Virus record (IMG/VR): IMGVR_UViG_3300021430_000595
Source: a virus
DNA length: 64,000 nucleotides
Strand: one strand, 5' to 3'
Positions 20,716-31,696 of this stretch are shown piece after piece. A program made the position numbers and the translations under genes. Below the pieces are notes generated by a model that saw only the letters and a list, made by a program, of their open reading frames with translations, did no database searches and was not told where the DNA came from. Each line of letters opens with the position of its first letter. Position 1 is the stretch's first letter.

Positions 20716-21282
20716 ATGGATAAATTAATATTAAAGGTTGGATTCTACTCCATTTATGAGAAGGTGACTCACAAGTCAAAGAAGTATGTTGTGGATAGTG
20801 GTAAGTTAGTATATTCTAAGAGATTTAAGAAGTATTTCCCAAACCCAAACAGAGATGTTAAGGAATTCAACACGATTGAGGATGCAAAACAATATGCAAC
20901 CAAGAAACTATCCAAGTACACAAAAGAGAAAAAGAAAAAAATCGACTCTTTACCAAAATCTCTTTATCTTATCGTCATGAAGGAAGAGTCAAGTGGTAAA
21001 GATTTTGTTAAGGTTGGGATAACATCGAAGAGATTTATTTTAAGAAGATTTAGTAAAGACTATGGATATGAGGGTTATCAATTACAAACCATTCTTCGTC
21101 GAATCGACACTAAGGATGCTGAAAAGTTGGAAGAACAAATAAAAGATAAACTAAATAAAAAAAGGGGTGTAAAAAAATTTAAACCCCTTCTTGAAAGTTT
21201 TTCCGGTTATTCGGAATGTTTCACGTATGATTCGTTAAACGACATCTTAATGATATTCGATTCGTTAACTAAAAACTATTAA
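20716..21282 (+). CDS. GIY-YIG superfamily (T5orf172/MUG113-like) protein
   Basis: LYLI...FVKVGITS...RRF...E...YSECF. Confidence 0.55.
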   Translation: MDKLILKVGFYSIYEKVTHKSKKYVVDSGKLVYSKRFKKYFPNPNRDVKEFNTIEDAKQYATKKLSKYTKEKKKKIDSLPKSLYLIVMKEESSGKDFVKVGITSKRFILRRFSKDYGYEGYQLQTILRRIDTKDAEKLEEQIKDKLNKKRGVKKFKPLLESFSGYSECFTYDSLNDILMIFDSLTKNY

Positions 21283-21638
21283 TTCGAACTTCTTTTTCTA
21301 CCTCTTGTTGAGGTGGTAGGTGTTGTTTTTGTTTTTGTAGTGGATGTGGCTTTCTTCTGTAATTCTTTGTTTTTATCCTCCAAGAACTCAACCTTAATTC
21401 TAAGTTCAGCAACCTCTCGGGTTAAGTCTAAGACTTTGTTTCTTAGGTCATCTTTCTCCGTAGATGATTTCTCTAAGAGAACTTCTAATTTTGCTATTCT
21501 TTCACGACATTCGTCTTTCATGTAGTCTTCAGATTTTTCTTTTCTCATGGCTCTTTTTTCATAGTACCTCCAAGCACTTGCAGAACCTAAAACTGTTATT
21601 GCGGTTATCAAAACCGTATAAAAAGAGTTTACATCCAT
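21279..21638 (-). CDS. membrane-anchored coiled-coil protein (holin/spanin-like candidate)
   Basis: N-terminal TM helix, coiled coil, basic tail. Confidence 0.5.
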   Translation of the reverse strand: MDVNSFYTVLITAITVLGSASAWRYYEKRAMRKEKSEDYMKDECRERIAKLEVLLEKSSTEKDDLRNKVLDLTREVAELRIKVEFLEDKNKELQKKATSTTKTKTTPTTSTRGRKRSSN

Positions 21639-21709
21639 ACGTTGTTTTATACAATAAATATATCAACATACCCCTTTTTATTGTGACATATTTTTTTTAT
21701 ATTTCTTGA

Positions 21710-22264
21710 ATGAGTGTTATTATTAATTTTTTTGGTGGACCCGGTATTGGTAAATCAACTCAAAGTTCCGAATTGTTTACATTGATGAAAAAAAACCACA
21801 TGGATGTGGAGTTAACTTTTGAATACCCAAAGATTGTCGCATGGGAGGAAAACTACTCAACAATAAAAGACCAATTCTTTGTTACCGCAAATCAACACAG
21901 AAACATTAGTAGGTTATATGGGAAAGTAAAATATATCATTGTTGATTCCCCAATCATTTTGGGAACTGTGTATAAAGACCTTTATAACGAATCACCCGAA
22001 TACCCAGCAACTTTCTATGATGAATCATTTGATTTGTTTATATTTAATCTTTTTAAGAAATATAACAACTTTAACATATTACTCACCCGAGACGATTCAA
22101 CTTACAATGAAAATGGTAGATTTCAAAATCTCCAAGAATCCAAAGAAATTGATGTCGTAATAAAAAACAGACTTGACGAAAATAATATTAAATATGTTGA
22201 TTTTCCTGTGTGCCAAAATACTGCCGAGCAGATATTTAGGTATATACAAGAAAACCAAATATGA
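21710..22264 (+). CDS. P-loop nucleotide kinase (AAA_28/NadR-like)
   Basis: INFFGGPGIGKST; IIVDSP; GRFQ. Confidence 0.75.
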   Translation: MSVIINFFGGPGIGKSTQSSELFTLMKKNHMDVELTFEYPKIVAWEENYSTIKDQFFVTANQHRNISRLYGKVKYIIVDSPIILGTVYKDLYNESPEYPATFYDESFDLFIFNLFKKYNNFNILLTRDDSTYNENGRFQNLQESKEIDVVIKNRLDENNIKYVDFPVCQNTAEQIFRYIQENQI

Positions 22265-22866
22265 AAAAACTATTAGCCACAACAATTTTATTATCTATGG
22301 TTCTGATGGTGACCATGGCGTTCCAACCATCAAAAGACACAGTACGTGTTAAAAATAACGTTTTTGAGGTTGAATACTCACAAAAATTAGAAGAACCATT
22401 ATGGTTGATATATTATTCAACAAATAGACCAACAAACGTCAATAGGGGTTCAATGGATTTTTATACAGAAAAAAATATTCACACCTCAGATAATTTAGAT
22501 TATAGAAATAATTTATTTGATAAAGGTCACTTAGCACCTGCTGCGACTTTTTCAGATAATATGGAAAATTTAAAACAAACCTTTTCTTATTTAAACTGTG
22601 CATTACAACACCAAGATTTAAATAGGGGGGAATGGAGATTATTAGAAGAACAAGAAAGAAAATGGGATGATGATGAAAATCTAATGGTAAAAATTGACTT
22701 GATTTTTGACGAAAATTCATATAAATTACCTACAGGTGCAACAGTACCATCCTACTTTGTAAAACACATCCACTTTGAAACTACCGATGTTTGGAAATGT
22801 TATAAATTTCCGAATAATAAACCAACAAGAAGGTGGGTGTTATATGAGATAAAATGTACACACTAA
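22261..22866 (+). CDS. secreted DNA/RNA non-specific endonuclease
   Basis: signal peptide; DKGHLAPA; LNRGEWRLLE. Confidence 0.9.
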   Translation: MKKLLATTILLSMVLMVTMAFQPSKDTVRVKNNVFEVEYSQKLEEPLWLIYYSTNRPTNVNRGSMDFYTEKNIHTSDNLDYRNNLFDKGHLAPAATFSDNMENLKQTFSYLNCALQHQDLNRGEWRLLEEQERKWDDDENLMVKIDLIFDENSYKLPTGATVPSYFVKHIHFETTDVWKCYKFPNNKPTRRWVLYEIKCTH

Positions 22867-22869
22867 GAT

Positions 22870-23079
22870 ATGTTTAATAAAGAATTACTTAACTTCCAAG
22901 ACAAACTCTACTACATTCAGAGAAAAATAAAAGAAAGTCAGATTAAACCTGAATTTGTAAATGATTTAAAGGAATATTGGAAGTGTGATAATGTAATTAA
23001 ACAAACATTTAGACAAACTAACGAAGTTTATTACCTATTTTTGGTTGAAATTCCCGAAGCGATAATTGTTACTGATTAA
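22870..23079 (+). CDS. hypothetical protein
   Basis: operonic 69-aa ORF. Confidence 0.55.
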   Translation: MFNKELLNFQDKLYYIQRKIKESQIKPEFVNDLKEYWKCDNVIKQTFRQTNEVYYLFLVEIPEAIIVTD

Positions 23080-23473
23080 TTAGTTTCCTTATATCCTTGA
23101 AACAGGGTTGAGTGTATTTTGTTTCGTTTCTTTTTGCTTGTCTTTCGTATGGATTTTGTGAATAATAGTACATTTTTGCGTAGTAGCGATACAGTGAGCT
23201 TGATTGTAAATAATGGGTATATTCGTGTATTATTGTTGAAATAATATCATAAAGGTTTTCACAATTATTCACGTAAATCACTATTTTATTTTTATTGAAA
23301 CAATAGTTACCGTAATAAATGTCTTTCCCTTTTTTTCTTTTCTTTTCACTTATCTCCAATAATAATTTTTTTCTTTTTCTTGTGTTTGCACCAAGATTTG
23401 TTTGACACCATTTTAATGCTAATTTGGTGAAAGATACCTTTAATTCATAATCGATATCTCTTTTTTTAATCAT
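23069..23473 (-). CDS. zincin metallopeptidase-like protein
   Basis: TIIHEYTHYLQ...PYERQA. Confidence 0.7.
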   Translation of the reverse strand: MIKKRDIDYELKVSFTKLALKWCQTNLGANTRKRKKLLLEISEKKRKKGKDIYYGNYCFNKNKIVIYVNNCENLYDIISTIIHEYTHYLQSSSLYRYYAKMYYYSQNPYERQAKRNETKYTQPCFKDIRKLINQ

Positions 23474-23816
23474 TTGGTTTGTTCGTCTTGATTGTTCTTT
23501 TAGTTTTTAATCCCGTGGTAATCATTTCAAAAAGAGAATCATAGTTGTTTCTAATATCTTTACATACTTCAGCCAACTCATAGTTTTCAGTGTCTTCACA
23601 CCTATTCATTATATTACCAATTAATGATTTAAACGTATCTTGTTGATTTTTTGAGATTGAAACCGATTTCCCAATTAATTTAAGGATTAGATATTGTGAA
23701 GTCACCTTTTTTTCTGAATTGAATGAAAAGTAATCCTCAACAGAAATGTTCGATGATATGGTTTTAATCACATTATCGATAGTTTTGATGTAGACACTAT
23801 TTGTTTCTTTTTTCAT
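23466..23816 (-). CDS. hypothetical protein with UVR-like motif
   Basis: EDTENYELAEVCKD. Confidence 0.5.
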   Translation of the reverse strand: MKKETNSVYIKTIDNVIKTISSNISVEDYFSFNSEKKVTSQYLILKLIGKSVSISKNQQDTFKSLIGNIMNRCEDTENYELAEVCKDIRNNYDSLFEMITTGLKTKRTIKTNKPND

Positions 23817-23917
23817 ATTTCCTCCCGTTTTTATATAAATATCAAATTATCGTTATTATAGAAAACAAAAAAGGGGGTTACCCCCCTTATATTTTTTATT
23901 TTTGTGTTAATTTTTTT

Positions 23918-24277
23918 TTACTTGCCCCATTTCCCTCTTACAACAATTTGACAAATAATACCATACACAGATAGGTCAGAATATGTGTCTTGAACACTTT
24001 CACCAACAGTATCTTCTTTCCCCAATAGTACTAATTGTTTTAATCTTTGTATTTTATCGTTCATTCTGAACCAAAGACCCGTTTGTGATAGTTTAACTTC
24101 TTCGGGGGTTTCTAATCTGGTACCCACAGAAATATTATCGGGACCATAATTCATTTGTTTTTTACAGAACAACTCATATTGTTCTCTTAGGATTTTTTTG
24201 AACTCTGCAGTTGTTTCAGGATACTTTTCCTCACACATCTTAACCGCAGGAATTGGTTGATTTTTTTCAGATGACAT
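23918..24277 (-). CDS. DUF1599 / nucleotide-modification-associated domain protein
   Basis: KKQMNYG...RMNDKIQRL...ESVQDTYSDLSVY. Confidence 0.75.
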   Translation of the reverse strand: MSSEKNQPIPAVKMCEEKYPETTAEFKKILREQYELFCKKQMNYGPDNISVGTRLETPEEVKLSQTGLWFRMNDKIQRLKQLVLLGKEDTVGESVQDTYSDLSVYGIICQIVVRGKWGK

Positions 24278-24353
24278 AATGTTTGATTTTATTATTTATA
24301 ATTTACGTAAAAAAATCGATATTTCCAAATATTTATAGTAAAAACTAAAGTCC

Positions 24354-24587
24354 ATGATAAATAACGATTTTAAAGAAGAAGAAAACAAACCGGAAACCCC
24401 GAAATCCAAACAATTGGTACAAATGTTATCATTCAGAGTAGTTCCGGCGTATTTTCGAGAAATTGAAAAGGTTGCAAATAAGAAAAAAATGAGTGTTTCA
24501 AAGTTGATTCGTACATACATTAAAGAAGGTATGAAACGAGACAATGAAATTACCGGTAGTGAAGATAAGGAATTCAGAGTTGAGTAA
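24354..24587 (+). CDS. ribbon-helix-helix DNA-binding protein
   Basis: MLSFRV...IEKVA...MSVSKLIR. Confidence 0.65.
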   Translation: MINNDFKEEENKPETPKSKQLVQMLSFRVVPAYFREIEKVANKKKMSVSKLIRTYIKEGMKRDNEITGSEDKEFRVE

Positions 24588-24589
24588 TC

Positions 24590-25636
24590 TTATTTGTCAA
24601 AACGTCTAAATGCATTCATCGTAATATGATTATACGTAACTCCACCAATAAAATGGTGGAGTTCTTTTTTATTGGTATAACTCATTGCTGACTTTAAATA
24701 AGACTCAAAGTTATTAACCCAACCTTCAATAGTATATTCGACCATTTGTGTTTTAACAATACCTTCAGAAGTTGTTAGATTTTCTTTTCCCCAAGATTTT
24801 TGAACTTCTTTAGTACTCATACCTCTAAAAACTTTGAATAGCGGTGTGTCAACATTGAATAAATCTTTTGCATGTTGACTAAATTGGTCGATTTTTTCAT
24901 ATTCATTGTTAATATCCAACTTACTAGTTTCACCAGCACTCTCCAAACATTTATTTAGGATTGAACCTAACATCACGTAATCGGCACCAATTGCAAATGC
25001 TTTGATTACGTCCGAATATTTTTTAAATCCACCATCGGCAACAATACTTGTGTTAGATGAGAAAGGTTTCATATTTTTAATCCTACGACACTCTTCAATT
25101 AATGATGCCATTGGGTATCCAACACCTGTCTGTACTGTTGTTAAACACCCGTTACCATTACCAATACCGATTCTAACATAATCGACACCCACTTTAATAT
25201 ATTCATAAAACGTATCAGGATTAGCAACATTACCAATCATCAAATTTAATTTATCACCATATTTTTCCTTTGATTGTTTGGTCAGGTTAACCAAATCAGT
25301 CATGTGACCGTTTGCAACATCAATCAAAACCATAATTGGTTTTGACGTTTCAACAGTTGATGTTAAAAACAATCTTTCAAAATCAACCATACTATATGAT
25401 GTGAACACACCATCTTCGAAATTTCCAATTTCGGGGTCTTTTACTCTAGGTAAAACCGGAATAATACCGTTATTTCTGAATAAATCGTAATTTTTATCAC
25501 TAATTACGGTATCCATTGGTGCGGTCATTAGTGGTAACGTACCATTTTTCAATCTTACATTTATTTCGCTTCTTGAACGAATTGTAGATAAGAGATTTGG
25601 TTCAATAAGGATATCATCAAAATCAAATAATTGCAT
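24590..25636 (-). CDS. guaC: GMP reductase / IMPDH family
   Basis: FDDILI; APMDTV; IDVANGH; GIGNGNGCLT; VADGG; RGMS; no CBS insert. Confidence 0.8.
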   Translation of the reverse strand: MQLFDFDDILIEPNLLSTIRSRSEINVRLKNGTLPLMTAPMDTVISDKNYDLFRNNGIIPVLPRVKDPEIGNFEDGVFTSYSMVDFERLFLTSTVETSKPIMVLIDVANGHMTDLVNLTKQSKEKYGDKLNLMIGNVANPDTFYEYIKVGVDYVRIGIGNGNGCLTTVQTGVGYPMASLIEECRRIKNMKPFSSNTSIVADGGFKKYSDVIKAFAIGADYVMLGSILNKCLESAGETSKLDINNEYEKIDQFSQHAKDLFNVDTPLFKVFRGMSTKEVQKSWGKENLTTSEGIVKTQMVEYTIEGWVNNFESYLKSAMSYTNKKELHHFIGGVTYNHITMNAFRRFDK

Positions 25637-25720
25637 TTTTTTTGTTTTTTTTCGGTTTATTTATTTAAAAGATACACAATAAATACTGAATTACCAAATG
25701 GATAAATCCTAATATTTATA

Positions 25721-26053
25721 ATGAAAGCGTCAATTATGATTAATGAAGAGAAAGTATTAAAGATTGTAAATTCAATATTATCTGAAGAGGTTTCAAAGGT
25801 AAATAGAAACGATTATAACCGTGTACAATTTAAAATGGACGAATTGGAATCTCAATTATCGGAAACTTTGAAGGAATTGAGAAAATTACAGGATTCAATA
25901 CCTGATGGATTAAAGACGTTAACAAATAGTAGGGTAAAAAACATCTCTGAAAACCTTACTAATGCACATAACACCTTAAAAGTGTTGAAAAGTAAGGTTA
26001 GAGAGCATAGAAAGTCATTAAATCAGGTAAACATCGAAGAAAAGAAGAAATAA
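25721..26053 (+). CDS. coiled-coil protein with INEE leader
   Basis: TATTTATA immediately upstream. Confidence 0.6.
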   Translation: MKASIMINEEKVLKIVNSILSEEVSKVNRNDYNRVQFKMDELESQLSETLKELRKLQDSIPDGLKTLTNSRVKNISENLTNAHNTLKVLKSKVREHRKSLNQVNIEEKKK

Positions 26054-26054
26054 T

Positions 26055-26423
26055 TTAGAGTTTATCCCCATCTTTTAACTTCTCCGCCATTTTTTTACCT
26101 TTTTCGGTCAAGAAAAATCTCTCTTCATTGTTTTCGTCCTCAATTGAGTCAACTATACCTTTTTCTTGTAAATTACTCAATAAACTTCCAACAATAATTT
26201 GTTTTAGGATGGAATCCATCTCATCTTCTGTGAAGATTGGTTCTTCTTCATCTGCAACACTAAATTCACCGTTGATAAACTTCTCAGTTAGTTTTTCACA
26301 GAGTAAGTTGAATGCAAATTCTTCATTTTCAATTTCGTAGTCCTCGAAAAAGTTAGTTTCATTAAGTAATTCAATAATCTCTTTTGATTTTTCAATCACT
26401 ATGGGTTGATAGTTTATATGCAT
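26055..26423 (-). CDS. hypothetical protein, winged-helix-like C-terminus
   Basis: LSNLQEKGIV...FFLTEKG; likely start MHINY. Confidence 0.55.
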   Translation of the reverse strand: MHINYQPIVIEKSKEIIELLNETNFFEDYEIENEEFAFNLLCEKLTEKFINGEFSVADEEEPIFTEDEMDSILKQIIVGSLLSNLQEKGIVDSIEDENNEERFFLTEKGKKMAEKLKDGDKL

Positions 26424-26522
26424 CAATTTTTCTTTTTCAAAAGATACGAAAAAAAAGGATAAAAACAAAACATTCCTTGACAATTACATAACAAGTTGGT
26501 ATTTTTTAAAAAAGTTTAATGT

Positions 26523-27788
26523 ATGGTGGATAATGAAAAAATTTTTATTCAAATCGCGGCTTATAGAGACCGAGAATTAAAAACAACACTTAAAGATTGT
26601 TTAGAAAAGGCGAAGTATCCTGAAAATTTAGTTTTTTCAATTGCTTGGCAACATTCAAATGATGATGAGTGGGATAACTTAGATGAATATAGAGGTGACT
26701 CAAGATTTAAAATTATTGACATCAACTATAAGAAAGCAAAAGGACCATGTTGGGCTAGATATCTTCTACAACAACAATATAATGGTGAAAAGTACACATT
26801 ACAATTAGATTCACACCACAGATTTGTTAAAGATTGGGATGAACAATTAATTAATGAATTAAAAAAACTACAAGAAAAGGGTTTTAAGAAACCAATGTTA
26901 ACCGGTTACATCCCTTCATATGAACCTTCCACAGACCCCAAAGGACGTACACATGTACCATGGAAAATGAACTTTGATAGATTCAGTCCTGATGGTAATG
27001 TGCACTTCTTACCCTCTTCAATTGATAATTTCAAAGAATTGGACTCACCTGTTAGAGCTAGGTTCTATTCTGCACATTTTTGTTTCACACTTGGTAGTTT
27101 CGCATTAGAGGTGCAACATGACCCCGATTATTATTTCCATGGTGAAGAAATTTCAATTTCTGTTAGAGCTTACACATGGGGTTATGATTTATTTCACTTA
27201 CATAAAGTATTGATTTGGCACTATTACACAAGAAGGGATTCTGTTAAACAATGGGATGATGACCCAATATGGCATAAGAAGAACGAATACAGTCATTACA
27301 AGAATAGAAAACTTTTCGGTATGGAGAATGACAACAAAGATTTAGATTTTGGTGAGTATGGTTTTGGTCCCAACAGAACTTTAGAACAATATGAAAGATA
27401 TTCAGGTATTTCCTTTAAGAAAAGAGGAGTGCAGCAATACACATTAGAATTTCAAGAACCACCTAATCCATATATTGAAGACCAAATCGAATATGATAAC
27501 TCATTCTCATTAAGATTTAAACATTGTATTGACATTGGTTTCCACGATGTACCTCACGATGATTATACATTTTGGGCAGTATCGTTTGTTGATGAAAACG
27601 ACAACGAAATATATAGAGAGGACGCTGACCCTAATGAAATTCGTATGATGAAAAATGATAAAGATGGTTACTGTAAACTTTGGAGAAGTTTTGAAACAAC
27701 TAAGATGCCGGTTAAATGGTATGTTTGGCCACATTCAGAAAAACATGGTTGGGGTAATCGATTAGAAGGAACATTAAACACAAAATAA
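26523..27788 (+). CDS. GT60-like (Skp1 hydroxyproline GlcNAc-transferase family) glycosyltransferase
   Basis: IFIQIAAYRD; AKGPCWAR; LQLDSHHRF; FHGEE; YTWGYD. Confidence 0.8.
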   Translation: MVDNEKIFIQIAAYRDRELKTTLKDCLEKAKYPENLVFSIAWQHSNDDEWDNLDEYRGDSRFKIIDINYKKAKGPCWARYLLQQQYNGEKYTLQLDSHHRFVKDWDEQLINELKKLQEKGFKKPMLTGYIPSYEPSTDPKGRTHVPWKMNFDRFSPDGNVHFLPSSIDNFKELDSPVRARFYSAHFCFTLGSFALEVQHDPDYYFHGEEISISVRAYTWGYDLFHLHKVLIWHYYTRRDSVKQWDDDPIWHKKNEYSHYKNRKLFGMENDNKDLDFGEYGFGPNRTLEQYERYSGISFKKRGVQQYTLEFQEPPNPYIEDQIEYDNSFSLRFKHCIDIGFHDVPHDDYTFWAVSFVDENDNEIYREDADPNEIRMMKNDKDGYCKLWRSFETTKMPVKWYVWPHSEKHGWGNRLEGTLNTK

Positions 27789-27792
27789 AATT

Positions 27793-29058
27793 ATGGAGAG
27801 AATATTAGTACACCTACCGGCTTACAGAGAACCTGAGTTAATACCAACAATTAAAAGTGCTTTAGAAAACGCTGAATTCCCTGAAAGAATCCATTTTGGT
27901 ATTTGTAGACAATTTAACCCCGAAGACGGATTTGATAATCTTGATGAATATAGAAACGACCCTCGATTCAAAATAAAAGATATTCATTATACTGAAGCAA
28001 AAGGTTTAGCTTATGCAAGAGCAGTCATAAATGAAGAATTACTAACAGATGAAGAATTTGTTTGTCAATTGGACTCACACCATAGATTTGAGAAGAATTG
28101 GGACTCAACACTTATTGGTTGGTATAACGAATTAAAAGAAGATGGTCACAACCCGTTGATTTGTGGTTATCTACCATATTACGACCCATTTAACGACCCA
28201 GAGAAAAGAGTTAGAGAACCATGGTTCTCAAGAGCAGAATGTTTCTACCCACATGGTACTATTTTTATTAGACCATCAGGTGTTCGTGATGGGTGGCAAC
28301 ATTTAACTAAACCATATCCCGCAAGGTTTTTAAGTGGTCACTTCTGTTTTGGTCCTAACAAATGGGCGAAAGAAGTTAGACACGACCCTAATATCTTTTT
28401 TGCGGGTGAAGAACTTAACTTATCGGTTAGAAGTTTCACATATGGGTATGACTTATTCCATCCACATAGAGTTGTCATATGGCACGCAACAATGAGAGAA
28501 GAGAGAGCCGGTAAATTAGTGTGGGATGACCAACACAAACGAGGTGACAGTACGTGGTGGAAAGGAAATGATATTGCACGTTCAAGAATAAGACAATTAT
28601 TAGGAACTGAAGATAACGGTCATGATTTGGGTCCTTATGGTTTAGGTACGGTTAGAACTGTTCGTGATTATGAAAAATACGCTGGTATTCACTTCAAGAA
28701 AAGAGCGTTTCAAAAATGGACAATAGATGACAAATTCCCACCAAATCCACAATTTGATACAGAAGAAGAGTGGGAAAATTCATTTACACGTTCTTACTAC
28801 TATTTAGTAAATATTAATAGAGAAGACTTACCCGAAAACGATTACGACTTTATATTGGTTGCATATGACGATGAAAATGGTATTTCAATGTACAACAAAT
28901 ATATTGATGGTCATGATTTAAAAAGATTTTTAAGAGGGGATGGACCAATTCACTACGAAGAAATGTTTCATATCGAAAATGAACCAAATAGAGTAGTATT
29001 TTGGGCTCATTCACCAGAAAGAGGTTGGGTGGAAAGGAAAGAAATAAATTTAAAATAA
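27793..29058 (+). CDS. GT60-like glycosyltransferase (tandem paralogue)
   Basis: PAYREPEL; AKGLAYAR; QLDSHHRF; FAGEE. Confidence 0.8.
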   Translation: MERILVHLPAYREPELIPTIKSALENAEFPERIHFGICRQFNPEDGFDNLDEYRNDPRFKIKDIHYTEAKGLAYARAVINEELLTDEEFVCQLDSHHRFEKNWDSTLIGWYNELKEDGHNPLICGYLPYYDPFNDPEKRVREPWFSRAECFYPHGTIFIRPSGVRDGWQHLTKPYPARFLSGHFCFGPNKWAKEVRHDPNIFFAGEELNLSVRSFTYGYDLFHPHRVVIWHATMREERAGKLVWDDQHKRGDSTWWKGNDIARSRIRQLLGTEDNGHDLGPYGLGTVRTVRDYEKYAGIHFKKRAFQKWTIDDKFPPNPQFDTEEEWENSFTRSYYYLVNINREDLPENDYDFILVAYDDENGISMYNKYIDGHDLKRFLRGDGPIHYEEMFHIENEPNRVVFWAHSPERGWVERKEINLK

Positions 29059-29091
29059 ATATAGTTATATATATAGACTATAAAATACACA

Positions 29092-30369
29092 ATGGCACAA
29101 TCAATTAATTTAGAAAATTTAAACATACCTTTCGTCTACAATAAACAGGACGAGTTTGTCCCCGGTAAAACCCCAATTTATTATTCAGGACCATATTGGG
29201 ATGATAAAGAAATGTCATCAGCAATTACAACATTATTAAATGGTAAATGGATTACCGCGGGTGAAAAAACATACAAATTTGAAAGACTATTTTCTAAGAA
29301 GTTCAATGTTAAAAATTCGTTAATGGTTAATTCAGGTTCGTCAGCGAATTTGGTTTTAATAAATGCATTGAAATTAAGATATGGATGGGAGGATGATGAT
29401 GAAATAATTGTGTCACCTGTTGGTTTCGCAACAACTATTTCAGTTATATATCAGAATAGGTTAAAACCCATTTTCGTTGATATTGAATGGGGTACTTTGA
29501 ATTTCGATTTGAATCAAATTGAAAGTAAAATTACTAATAAAACAAAGGGGATATTCGTTTCACCGGTTTTAGGTAACCCACCTGATTTCGATAGGTTATT
29601 AGAAATTGCAGAAAAACACAATTTAAAACTTATTGGTGACAATTGTGATAGTTTAGGTTCTAAGTGGGACGGTAAGTATTTAAACGAATATTACGTTGCT
29701 TTCTCAAACTCTTTTTATCCTGCCCACCACATATCAACAGGTGAAGGTGGAATGGTGTGTACCAATGATGATGAACTTTCAAAAATAATGAGAAGTTTAT
29801 CTTGGTGGGGTAGGGACTGTTATTGTGTCGGCTCGGCAAATTTACTTAGTTGTGGTACATGTGGAAAAAGATTTGATAAGTGGTTAGATTCATATCATGG
29901 TGATATCGACCACAAATATGTTTTTACAAACATGGGTTACAATTTAAAACCTTTAGATTTACAAGGTGCAATTGGTATTGAACAATTGAATAAATTTGAG
30001 GAGATTGAGCAAAATAGAAAAATATCAAAATCATCTATTGAAAAAATATTTGTTGAAAACATTAAAGGTGTTACTGCTGTAAAGACATTAGATAAATCAG
30101 ATGTTTCATGGTTCGGTACACCATTTATTTGTGAGAATTATGAATTAAAAACAAAATTAGTTGAATATTTAGAAGAGAATAAAATTCAAACAAGAAACTA
30201 TTTTGCTGGTAATATACTTTTACATCCGGGATTCCAATTCTTGGATGATTTTTCAAAATACCCTGAAGCCAATAAAGTTTTAGATAAAGTATTTTTTGTT
30301 GGTGCAGCACCTCATTACAATCAACAAATTTTTGATTATATAGAGAGTGTGGTTAAGAAATTTAATTAA
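29092..30369 (+). CDS. rfbH: CDP-4-keto-6-deoxyglucose 3-dehydratase (DegT/DnrJ family)
   Basis: VNSGSSANL; SFYPAHHISTGEGG (His replaces the PLP Lys); WGRDCYC...CG Fe-S motif; DHKY. Confidence 0.85.
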   Translation: MAQSINLENLNIPFVYNKQDEFVPGKTPIYYSGPYWDDKEMSSAITTLLNGKWITAGEKTYKFERLFSKKFNVKNSLMVNSGSSANLVLINALKLRYGWEDDDEIIVSPVGFATTISVIYQNRLKPIFVDIEWGTLNFDLNQIESKITNKTKGIFVSPVLGNPPDFDRLLEIAEKHNLKLIGDNCDSLGSKWDGKYLNEYYVAFSNSFYPAHHISTGEGGMVCTNDDELSKIMRSLSWWGRDCYCVGSANLLSCGTCGKRFDKWLDSYHGDIDHKYVFTNMGYNLKPLDLQGAIGIEQLNKFEEIEQNRKISKSSIEKIFVENIKGVTAVKTLDKSDVSWFGTPFICENYELKTKLVEYLEENKIQTRNYFAGNILLHPGFQFLDDFSKYPEANKVLDKVFFVGAAPHYNQQIFDYIESVVKKFN

Positions 30370-30374
30370 AACAT

Positions 30375-31001
30375 ATGAAATACGTAAATTACAACACAGA
30401 AAAATTTCCATTTAGAAAAATTGTGCAGGAAATTTTAAAACAAGAAAATTTAGAAAAAATCCACGAAGTTCAAAATTATGAATTATTTGTGAGAGGTACT
30501 GACCAATCAACTGAATGGCATAAACTTTATTATTCTGAATTAGATAAATTCTTACCAACATACGTGGAGTTTATTCACGAAGTTATTAAACCTATTTTTG
30601 GTGAGGATATTGTTTATCAAAAAATACCAACATTCAGAACACAATTGGTAAATAATTTAGGTGTATTTGAATTCCATAAAGATAAAACCTACAAACATAA
30701 TACCGAAGAAATAAACTTCTTTTTACCATTTACCGATGCTTACATGTCTAACACAATTTGGGTTGAGTCTGAAGAAGATAAAGGTGACTATTCACCAATG
30801 AACGCTTTGTATGGTCAAGTGGTAATGTGGGATGGTTGTAATTTAAGACACGGTAATAAACAAAACAATACATTAAACACCAGAGTGAGTTGTGATTTCC
30901 GTGTAATTCCTTTGTCAAAATATACAGAAGAAGAGAACGAAGGTACTATATACACTAAAATGAAATTTATTATTGGGGACTACTACGAAGTTACAAAATG
31001 A
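30375..31001 (+). CDS. 2OG-Fe(II) oxygenase (StrG-like)
   Basis: FHKD; INFFLPFT; HGNKQNNT..TRVSCDFR. Confidence 0.7.
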   Translation: MKYVNYNTEKFPFRKIVQEILKQENLEKIHEVQNYELFVRGTDQSTEWHKLYYSELDKFLPTYVEFIHEVIKPIFGEDIVYQKIPTFRTQLVNNLGVFEFHKDKTYKHNTEEINFFLPFTDAYMSNTIWVESEEDKGDYSPMNALYGQVVMWDGCNLRHGNKQNNTLNTRVSCDFRVIPLSKYTEEENEGTIYTKMKFIIGDYYEVTK

Positions 31002-31696
31002 AAATTTTAGTTATTGGTGATGGTCTTCTGGGTTCAGAAATTGTGAACCAAACAGGTTGGGATTATATCTCAAGAAAAAAGAATGGTATTGATTTTACCA
31101 ATATAGACTCATATCAACATATTCTGTACAATTACGACACCATTTTAAATTGTGTTGCATTTACGGAAACGTACAGTGAAGATAGGGATAGTAATCGTGA
31201 AATTAATTACGTTGCTGTTACTAAATTAAGTGATTTTTGTGTAAGTCAAAATAAGAAGTTAATTCACATCTCAACAGATTATGTTTACACAAATTCAATT
31301 AATAACACATCTGAAGATGACATACCTTTAATTTCACAAAATTGGTACACATATTATAAACTCATGGCGGATGAATACATTCAATTAAAGAATGATAATT
31401 TTTTAATATGTAGATGTTCATTCAAACCAAACCCGTTTCCTTATGAAAAAGCGTGGATTAATCACGTCGGTAACTTTGACTATGTAAACAAAATTGCTTA
31501 TATTATCATTAAATTAATCACAAACAATGCAGATGGTTTATATAATGTTGGTACAGAATTGAAGAGTATTTTTGAGTTAGCTAAGTTAACAAATGAAAAT
31601 GTGAAACCAATGTTGAGACCCTCAATTGCACCATCAAACGTGAGTATGAATTTAAATAAACTAAATAACTTTTTAAAAACAATTAATGCAAACTAA
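30998..31696 (+). CDS. RmlD-like NDP-4-keto sugar reductase
   Basis: GDGLLG; HISTDYVY; YTYYK. Confidence 0.8.
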   Translation: MKILVIGDGLLGSEIVNQTGWDYISRKKNGIDFTNIDSYQHILYNYDTILNCVAFTETYSEDRDSNREINYVAVTKLSDFCVSQNKKLIHISTDYVYTNSINNTSEDDIPLISQNWYTYYKLMADEYIQLKNDNFLICRCSFKPNPFPYEKAWINHVGNFDYVNKIAYIIIKLITNNADGLYNVGTELKSIFELAKLTNENVKPMLRPSIAPSNVSMNLNKLNNFLKTINAN